A stretch of 63,836 bases of DNA, the filler included. It is 8 parts of 8 records of this genome, joined end to end, with 100 filler letters (N's around TTAATTAATTAA, not from the genome) between each part and the next. Parts side by side here need not be neighbours in the genome. Positions count along the whole stretch, not along the records: positions 58,058 to 63,836 come from SRR2962707_1436; 7 more parts are not named here. The stretch is one strand, 5' to 3'. The notes below the pieces were generated by a model. That model was not told the origin of the DNA. It was given only the letters and a program-made list of their open reading frames with translations, and did no database searches. The translations under genes and the position numbers were made by a program. This document shows, in pieces, positions 58,083 through 63,836 of the stretch (positions are counted from its first letter, which is position 1; the number at the start of each line of letters is the position of its first letter).

Positions 58083-58373
58083 ATGGACATGGTAAATTGT
58101 AACGATACAATTCGGATTTCCAATATCGGGGTCGATGATCGCAATGTGATGAACGGCCCCACGACGGTAAAGACCGTAACTTGGCGTTCAGCGATGATTG
58201 GCACTGCCATCTCCGTTGTCGAGAAGTTCCGCCATTTACAAGAACGTGCACGTGATCGTAAGGCCTTGCAAAACCTTGATGATCACTTGCTTAAGGATAT
58301 CGGGATGACGCGTGCCGAACTTGATCGGCAGTTGTCGCAGTCACACTGGACCAATTTCCCCCCGCGCGGTTAG
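58083..58373 (+). CDS. DUF1127 small protein
   Basis: ERARDRKALQNLDDHLLKDIGMTRAEL; AGGAG RBS immediately upstream. Confidence 0.92.
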   Translation: MDMVNCNDTIRISNIGVDDRNVMNGPTTVKTVTWRSAMIGTAISVVEKFRHLQERARDRKALQNLDDHLLKDIGMTRAELDRQLSQSHWTNFPPRG

Positions 58374-58387
58374 CCACTGCCGCGTTG

Positions 58388-58419
58388 AACGGAGACACCA
58401 TGCTCCCGGTGTCTCCGTT
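58388..58419 (+). other. Perfect 12-bp hairpin in the DUF1127 3' region
   Basis: AACGGAGACACC-atgctccc-GGTGTCTCCGTT. Confidence 0.8.
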
Positions 58420-58490
58420 TCGGTCCGGTTTCGATGTGCTTTGCGTGCACATGTGTTGATATTCTTCTTGTTATGGATTGAAGGGGTACA

Positions 58491-59456
58491 ATGCCTTTGT
58501 TTAATGTGACCGAATTACGTGATGCGGCGGAATTTGTGCATCAGCATGTTGCGCCAACCCCGACGATACGTTGGCCGCTTCTGGATCGTGCAACGGGATT
58601 GTCGCTGTATGTGAAGCATGAAAACCACACTAAACTGGGGGCCTTTAAGGTCCGTGGTGGTTTGACATTCTGCCGATATCTGGGGAACTCCGTTGATGTG
58701 AACCGCGGGGTGATCAGTGCAACACGTGGCAATCATGGACAAAGCATTGCGCACGCTGCCAGCCGGTTTGGCATGGCTGCGACGATTGTTGTCCCGCATG
58801 GAAATTCGGTTGAGAAAAATGCCGCCATGCGCGCGTGGGGTGCCGAGGTCATCGAACATGGTGATGATTTTCAGGAAGCTGCTGAATTTGCCGCCAAGCA
58901 TGCCACGAACGAAGACCTTGTAATGATCCCACCCTTTCATCGCGAACTTGTGCGCGGTGTGGCGACCTATGGACTTGAACTGTTCGACGCTGTTTCGGGG
59001 CTTGATCGCGTTTATGTGCCCGTCGGGATGGGGTCGGGGATTTGTTCGCTGATTACGGCGCGTGATGCCCTTGGACTTGAGACTGAAATCATCGGTGTTG
59101 TCGCCAGCGGCGCGGATGCAATTGCCCAGTCGTTTAAGGCCGGTAAGGTTGTTGAGACGGCGGCTGCGCGTACCTTTGCTGACGGAGTTGCGTGTCGCAG
59201 TCCAAATCCGACTGCCCTTGATATCATCCTCAAGGGGGCTGCGGATATTGTAACGGTCGATGAAGAACAAATTCGTGATGCCATGCGACTTTATTTCAGT
59301 TCGTGTCACACGGTGGCAGAAGGTGCTGGTGCTGTACCGCTGGCCGCGGCCATTGCCGGGCGCGACGACAATATTGGTAAAAAAGTCGCCGTCATTTTGA
59401 CCGGCGCGAACATTGATCGGGCTGAATATGCCCGAATTCTAGCAGGAGATATCTGA
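58491..59456 (+). CDS. PLP-dependent threonine/serine dehydratase-like protein (no ACT domain)
   Basis: KHENHTKLGAFKVRGG, SATRGNHGQS, VPVGMGSG, AEGAGA, LTGANID. Confidence 0.9.
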   Translation: MPLFNVTELRDAAEFVHQHVAPTPTIRWPLLDRATGLSLYVKHENHTKLGAFKVRGGLTFCRYLGNSVDVNRGVISATRGNHGQSIAHAASRFGMAATIVVPHGNSVEKNAAMRAWGAEVIEHGDDFQEAAEFAAKHATNEDLVMIPPFHRELVRGVATYGLELFDAVSGLDRVYVPVGMGSGICSLITARDALGLETEIIGVVASGADAIAQSFKAGKVVETAAARTFADGVACRSPNPTALDIILKGAADIVTVDEEQIRDAMRLYFSSCHTVAEGAGAVPLAAAIAGRDDNIGKKVAVILTGANIDRAEYARILAGDI

Positions 59457-60889
59457 TGAACCGCGTCGAAAACCGTGCCGAAAGCAGCTCCACTGCCGAT
59501 ACAGCACGTCATCTGATGTTTGATGACCTTGAAAAGCTTGGCCGCATCCTTGTGCAAACAGGGGACGTCGCACACAGCTTTGTTCAAGGCGCGGATGACA
59601 TGGATGCGACATGCCGCGACTTTTCTGCATTTGACCCTTCGCGCCCACTACCGCAGAAAGGTCGCGGCACACTTGATGCGTTGCGCGCAGTGCAGGATGA
59701 AATTCTGCCGCTGCTGGCCGCCTCAATTGGTCCAAGATATCTTGGCTTTGTGACCGGCGGAACAACGCCAGCAGCCCTTGTTGGCGATTGGCTTGCCGGG
59801 GCCATTGATCAAAATGCCACCGGACCAGAAGGATCGGTAAATGCCGCCGTCGAAGAACAGGTCATCAATTGGTTGTGCGAAATTGCCCACCTGCCAGCAA
59901 AGAAATTTGATGGCGTTTTAACGACTGGGGCGACGGTATCAAACCTTTTGGGGTTGGTCACTGGTCGCCAATGGTGCGGTGAAAAAGTTGGTGTCGATAT
60001 TGACGCGGACGGTGCGGGTGCTTTGCCCGATTTGGAGCTTTTTGCCGCCAGCCCGCACGCCAGCATGGTCAAGGACCTTTCGATTGCCGGGATTGGACGG
60101 AGCAACTTTACCAAGGTTGCGATCCTTTCCGGAACAGAGCAAACCGACGTTAATGACCTCAAGGCCAAACTTGCTGCCAGCGATGCACGCGGTAAAATCG
60201 TGATTGCCTCGTCTGGGACGGTTAATGCGACAGACTTTGATGATTTGACTGTCATTGCAGATCTTTGTGCGGCCTATGGCGCGTGGCTGCATGTTGACGC
60301 CGCATTTGGAATGTTTGCCGCCCTTGATGATCGGAGATTACACCTTTTGTCGGGCCTTGATCGGGCAGACTCGATTACGTCCGATGGGCATAAATGGTTG
60401 AACGTTCCTTATGATTGCGGAATTTTCCTGACCCGTCATATCGGTGTTTTGGAAAAATGTTGTCGGGCGTTTGCGCCGTATCTCGACACCAAGGCCGAAG
60501 GCAACATGTATATCAACCGCGGGGTGGAAAATTCGCGTCGGTTCCGAGCCTTGCCGCTTTGGGTGTCGATGCAGGCCTATGGCCGCGAAGGATTTTCCGG
60601 GATCATTCGTGCAAACTGTGATCAGGCAGCCAATCTTGCCGCGTGGGTTCGAACCCATGAAAAGCTTGAGCTGCTTGCCGAGCCAAAATTGAATGTCACA
60701 ATGTTTGCCAGTGTTGGATCGGATGATGATAATCGTGTCTTGCTTGAACGGATCAATGCAAGTGGCAAGCTGTTCCTTACACCAACGGTATATGGCGGGC
60801 GGTTTGGGTTCCGCGCAGCATTTAGCAACTGGCGGACGCAAGACCATGATCTTGTCATTATCAAGCAGGCAATTGACGCTGTGTTGTAA
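59456..60889 (+). CDS. Group II pyridoxal-dependent amino acid decarboxylase
   Basis: GPRYLGFVTGG, LTTGATVSN, WLHVDAAFG, DSITSDGHKWLNVPYDCG; TGATG overlap with the upstream gene. Confidence 0.92.
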   Translation: MNRVENRAESSSTADTARHLMFDDLEKLGRILVQTGDVAHSFVQGADDMDATCRDFSAFDPSRPLPQKGRGTLDALRAVQDEILPLLAASIGPRYLGFVTGGTTPAALVGDWLAGAIDQNATGPEGSVNAAVEEQVINWLCEIAHLPAKKFDGVLTTGATVSNLLGLVTGRQWCGEKVGVDIDADGAGALPDLELFAASPHASMVKDLSIAGIGRSNFTKVAILSGTEQTDVNDLKAKLAASDARGKIVIASSGTVNATDFDDLTVIADLCAAYGAWLHVDAAFGMFAALDDRRLHLLSGLDRADSITSDGHKWLNVPYDCGIFLTRHIGVLEKCCRAFAPYLDTKAEGNMYINRGVENSRRFRALPLWVSMQAYGREGFSGIIRANCDQAANLAAWVRTHEKLELLAEPKLNVTMFASVGSDDDNRVLLERINASGKLFLTPTVYGGRFGFRAAFSNWRTQDHDLVIIKQAIDAVL

Positions 60890-60951
60890 TACTGCGGTGT
60901 TTATAATGGGCTGCTACATATCAGAAAACAGCACTGTTTCAGGAAGTGACG

Positions 60952-61776
60952 ATGACGACCAAGAATTTGCCGATCTATCAGATTGATGCCTTTAGCGACG
61001 TTTTGTTTGCCGGTAATCCGGCGGCTGTCGTGCCGCTGTCGACATGGTTGCCTGATGACGTGCTTCAGAAAATCGCAATGGAAAACAATCTGTCGGAAAC
61101 GGCGTTTTTCGTGCCGGTTACGGCAGGGAACGCAGACTTTCACATTCGCTGGTTCACTCCGACAGTTGAAGTTCCGTTGTGCGGGCATGCGACCCTTGCG
61201 AGCGCCTATGTGATTTTTAATCAGCTTGGGTTTGAGGGCGATATTGTCCGTCTTCAAAGCAAAAGCGGCATTCTGACTGCCCGCCGTTATTTAGGTGCCA
61301 TTGTTCTGGACTTTCCAAAACAGCCGATTGTGCCTGAAACAATCGCAGATAATGTGATTGCGGCCCTTGGTGGCGATACGCCGGTGGAAACATTTGGCGT
61401 GGCAAGTCGCGATACTGATCTTGTTGCGGTTTATGACGATGCGGCGATTGTTCGTTCGATGACGCCCGATATGTCACTCTTGGCCAAGCTTGCTGATCGT
61501 GGGGTTATCGTGACGGCACCGGGGGACAAAACCGGACTTGATATGATTTCACGCTATTTCGTGCCGGCCGTTGGCATCAACGAAGACCCGGTGACGGGAT
61601 ATATGCACTGTGTTGTCGCGCCGTATTGGGCAGACAAGCTCGGTCAGGAAGATGTTGTCGGTTATCAGGCTTCCGCACGTGGCGGTGTCGTTGCCTGCAA
61701 GGTGATTGGTGATCGGGTACATCTTACGGGAGAGGCTGTGCTGTACCTAAAAGGTGAAATCACCGTTCCAGCCTGA
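60952..61776 (+). CDS. PhzF family isomerase/epimerase
   Basis: QIDAF...GNPAAVV, NLSETAF, IRWFTPTVEVPLCGHATLA, EDPVTG. Confidence 0.93.
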   Translation: MTTKNLPIYQIDAFSDVLFAGNPAAVVPLSTWLPDDVLQKIAMENNLSETAFFVPVTAGNADFHIRWFTPTVEVPLCGHATLASAYVIFNQLGFEGDIVRLQSKSGILTARRYLGAIVLDFPKQPIVPETIADNVIAALGGDTPVETFGVASRDTDLVAVYDDAAIVRSMTPDMSLLAKLADRGVIVTAPGDKTGLDMISRYFVPAVGINEDPVTGYMHCVVAPYWADKLGQEDVVGYQASARGGVVACKVIGDRVHLTGEAVLYLKGEITVPA

Positions 61777-61807
61777 TTGGCTGATAATGTCGAATATGAA
61801 TTTCGTG

Positions 61808-61840
61808 AAACGGGCATCTAGTGAGGGTGCCCGTTTTTTT
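61808..61840 (+). terminator. Rho-independent terminator
   Basis: AAACGGGCATC-tagtgag-GGTGCCCGTTT followed by TTTT. Confidence 0.85.
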
Positions 61841-62051
61841 GATGCGGATATCGTGAGGATTTACCTGTATTTTGGTCATCGTGCGACTACCGATTAATCC
61901 GCATTGCGCTGGTTTCAGTTTGTTTTTTATTGACCACGGTATGGGGCTTTCGTCTAAGTAATGGGAAAATACGATGATTGCGGCAGGGCCGGACGGGAAA
62001 TTCCCCTGGTCTGAAACCGCATGGGTTTGCAACAGCAGGGGAAGATAGATC

Positions 62052-63836
62052 GTGATCGAAAGTGTTGTCGCCAGTTCTGCAACACCAATGCAGATGTGGG
62101 TGGTTCTAGCACTTGTTGCTGGATCGCTTGTTCTGTATGGGCTGGAGCGTATTTCGCTTGAACTGACCAGCATGGCGCTGATCGCGACCTTGTTGTTGTT
62201 CTTCAACTTCTTCCCGCTTGCCGATGCCAATGGTGACAACATGATGGGGGCGGCGACCATCATGTCTGGCTTTGCCAATCCGGCATTGTTGACAGTGCTG
62301 TCGTTGCTCGTGGTCGGGCAGGGCATGGTTCTGACTGGCGGGGTAAGCTATATCGCCGGTCTAATTACCGAACATGGGGGCAAGCAGCCCGCTGTGGCCA
62401 TCTTTATCGGCTTGTTCGTTGTGATGTTGATGTCGGCATTTCTGAATAATACTCCGGTTGTCGTTATCTTTATCCCGATCATTCAGGCGCTGTCCGAGCG
62501 GATTCAGCGATCGCCAAGTGCGCTTATGATACCGCTGTCATACGCGGCCATCCTTGGCGGGATGACCACCCTGATCGGCTCATCGACCAACCTTTTGGTG
62601 TCGAGTTCGTTGATTGAACTGGGGATGCCGCCGCTTGAATTCTTTGAGTTCACCGTCATCGGCAGTGTGTTGGCTCTGGTCGGCTTTGCCTATGTTTTGT
62701 TCGTTGCGCCGCGGCTTTTGCCTGCACTGGCCTCCATGAGCAGCAAGCTTGCCAACCCTGACAGCAGCGGCAAACAGTTCATTGCCCAAATCACGGTAGG
62801 TCCCGCCTCGCAAATGATCGGAACGCGTCCGGTTGCCGGGTTCTTTAAAAACTTGCCCAACATCACCATCCAAATGATTGTGCGCCGCGAACATGCTGAC
62901 TTGCCACCATTCGAAGATGACATGGAAATTCAGGCAGGTGATGTTCTGGTGGTGGCTGCGACGCGCAAGGCCCTTACAGAAGCGCTGCAAAAAGATCCCG
63001 GTTTGCTGCATGCTGATGCCGCAGCGGTCAGTGATAGTGGCGAGGATACACCGCAAAAGTCGACCCAGCTTCTGGCTGAGGTTATGTTGCCACCGGGTTC
63101 ACGCCTGATTGGCTTTAACCTTGAGCAGATCGGTTTCCGGTATCAGTACAAATGCCTTGTTTTGGGCATTCAGCGCCGGTCCCGTATGATCCGCACCCAG
63201 ATGACAGAAATCCGGCTTGAGGCCGGCGATGTTTTGCTGGTTCAGGGCCGATCGGAAGATGTCGAAGCACTTCGCACAATCCGTGATGTGGTGTTGCTGG
63301 AATGGTCAACACGTGCCTTGCCCCGCCCGTTCCACGCCCGTCGTGCGGCAACGATTTTCCTGACTGTGATTGCCTTGGCGGCGACGGGAATTGTCCCGAT
63401 CATGATTTCAAGCTTTATCGGTGCGGGATTAATGATTGCGTCAGGCGCCCTTAACCTGCGTCAGGCATCGCGTGCGATTGATCGCAAGATTGTTTTGATG
63501 GTTGCCGCCGCCCTTGCGCTTGGTAATGCCTTGCAAATGACCGGTGGTGCGGAATTTGTTGCTGATCAGTTGCTTGCCGCGACGCGTGGTGCACCGGCCC
63601 CTGTGATCTTGTCATTGTTCTTCCTGATCGTTGCAGCCTTTACCAATGTGTTGTCAAACAATGCCTGTGCGGTGTTGTTTACCCCGATTGGAATCGGTAT
63701 GGCGCAACAACTTGGCGTGCCCCCGCATGTGTTTGCGATTGCCGTGGTAATGGCTGCAAACTGTTCGTTTGCGTCCCCGGTTGGCTATCAGACCAACCTG
63801 CTTGTCATGGGGCCGGGGCATTATCGCTTTATCGAC
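62052..63836 (+). CDS. SLC13/DASS family permease with TrkA-C (RCK_C) domains, 3' truncated
   Basis: Not in ORF track. From GTG 62052: SGFANPA, SAFLNNTPVV, LMIPLSYAAILGGMTTLIGSSTNLLV, L.AGDVLLVQG, TNVLSNNA, SFASPVGYQTNLLVMGPG. Confidence 0.92.
   Translation, partial: MIESVVASSATPMQMWVVLALVAGSLVLYGLERISLELTSMALIATLLLFFNFFPLADANGDNMMGAATIMSGFANPALLTVLSLLVVGQGMVLTGGVSYIAGLITEHGGKQPAVAIFIGLFVVMLMSAFLNNTPVVVIFIPIIQALSERIQRSPSALMIPLSYAAILGGMTTLIGSSTNLLVSSSLIELGMPPLEFFEFTVIGSVLALVGFAYVLFVAPRLLPALASMSSKLANPDSSGKQFIAQITVGPASQMIGTRPVAGFFKNLPNITIQMIVRREHADLPPFEDDMEIQAGDVLVVAATRKALTEALQKDPGLLHADAAAVSDSGEDTPQKSTQLLAEVMLPPGSRLIGFNLEQIGFRYQYKCLVLGIQRRSRMIRTQMTEIRLEAGDVLLVQGRSEDVEALRTIRDVVLLEWSTRALPRPFHARRAATIFLTVIALAATGIVPIMISSFIGAGLMIASGALNLRQASRAIDRKIVLMVAAALALGNALQMTGGAEFVADQLLAATRGAPAPVILSLFFLIVAAFTNVLSNNACAVLFTPIGIGMAQQLGVPPHVFAIAVVMAANCSFASPVGYQTNLLVMGPGHYRFID

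Noticed and set aside
60952-61776. Phenazine biosynthesis
   Set aside because: A lone PhzF-family gene without phzA/B/D/E/G is common and not diagnostic.
61980-62020. Imperfect hairpin upstream of the SLC13 permease as a riboswitch
   Set aside because: No recognisable aptamer consensus or expression platform.
15-63351. Most short ORFs in the six-frame track
   Set aside because: They are antisense or frame shadows of real genes, or read-through into introns and microsatellites.
1-63836. CRISPR arrays, tRNA/rRNA genes, transposases, phage or defence genes
   Set aside because: I saw no spaced direct repeats or recognisable motifs by eye; small RNAs could still be missed without covariance searches.

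Overview
This window is not one locus. It is eight unrelated contigs joined by seven identical 100-nt artificial spacers (N44-TTAATTAATTAA-N44). Contig 1 (1-9089) is alphaproteobacterial, Rhizobiales-like: TRAP dctP, TerC/YjbE, GMC oxidoreductase, IclR, DegT-type aminotransferase, phaZ, DUF2852, M48 peptidase, trpF, trpB. Contig 8 (58058-63836) is a lower-GC alphaproteobacterial piece: DUF1127, Ser/Thr dehydratase, group II PLP decarboxylase, PhzF, SLC13/TrkA-C permease. Contigs 2-7 come from an intron-containing, microsatellite-rich microbial eukaryote whose lineage I cannot determine. They carry a spermidine-synthase-like methyltransferase, an MFS transporter, a large AP2-domain protein, APC10, a P4-ATPase flippase, RPS29, a four-domain EEEE Ca2+ channel, a GT47 glycosyltransferase and a PPR/zinc-finger/TPR protein. 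The best candidate for an undescribed system is a minus-strand gene (41414 to beyond 33398). I can splice it by hand, in frame across nine exons, into one protein: SAM, RING, RBR E3 ubiquitin ligase, SH3-like, Cys motif, Tudor, PDZ, and a degenerate RelA/SpoT-like nucleotidyltransferase domain. Second is the Cav channel, whose cytoplasmic parts appear to carry Mind-bomb SH3-repeat, PA-like and Tudor-like modules. All domain calls are by motif recognition only; no searches were run.
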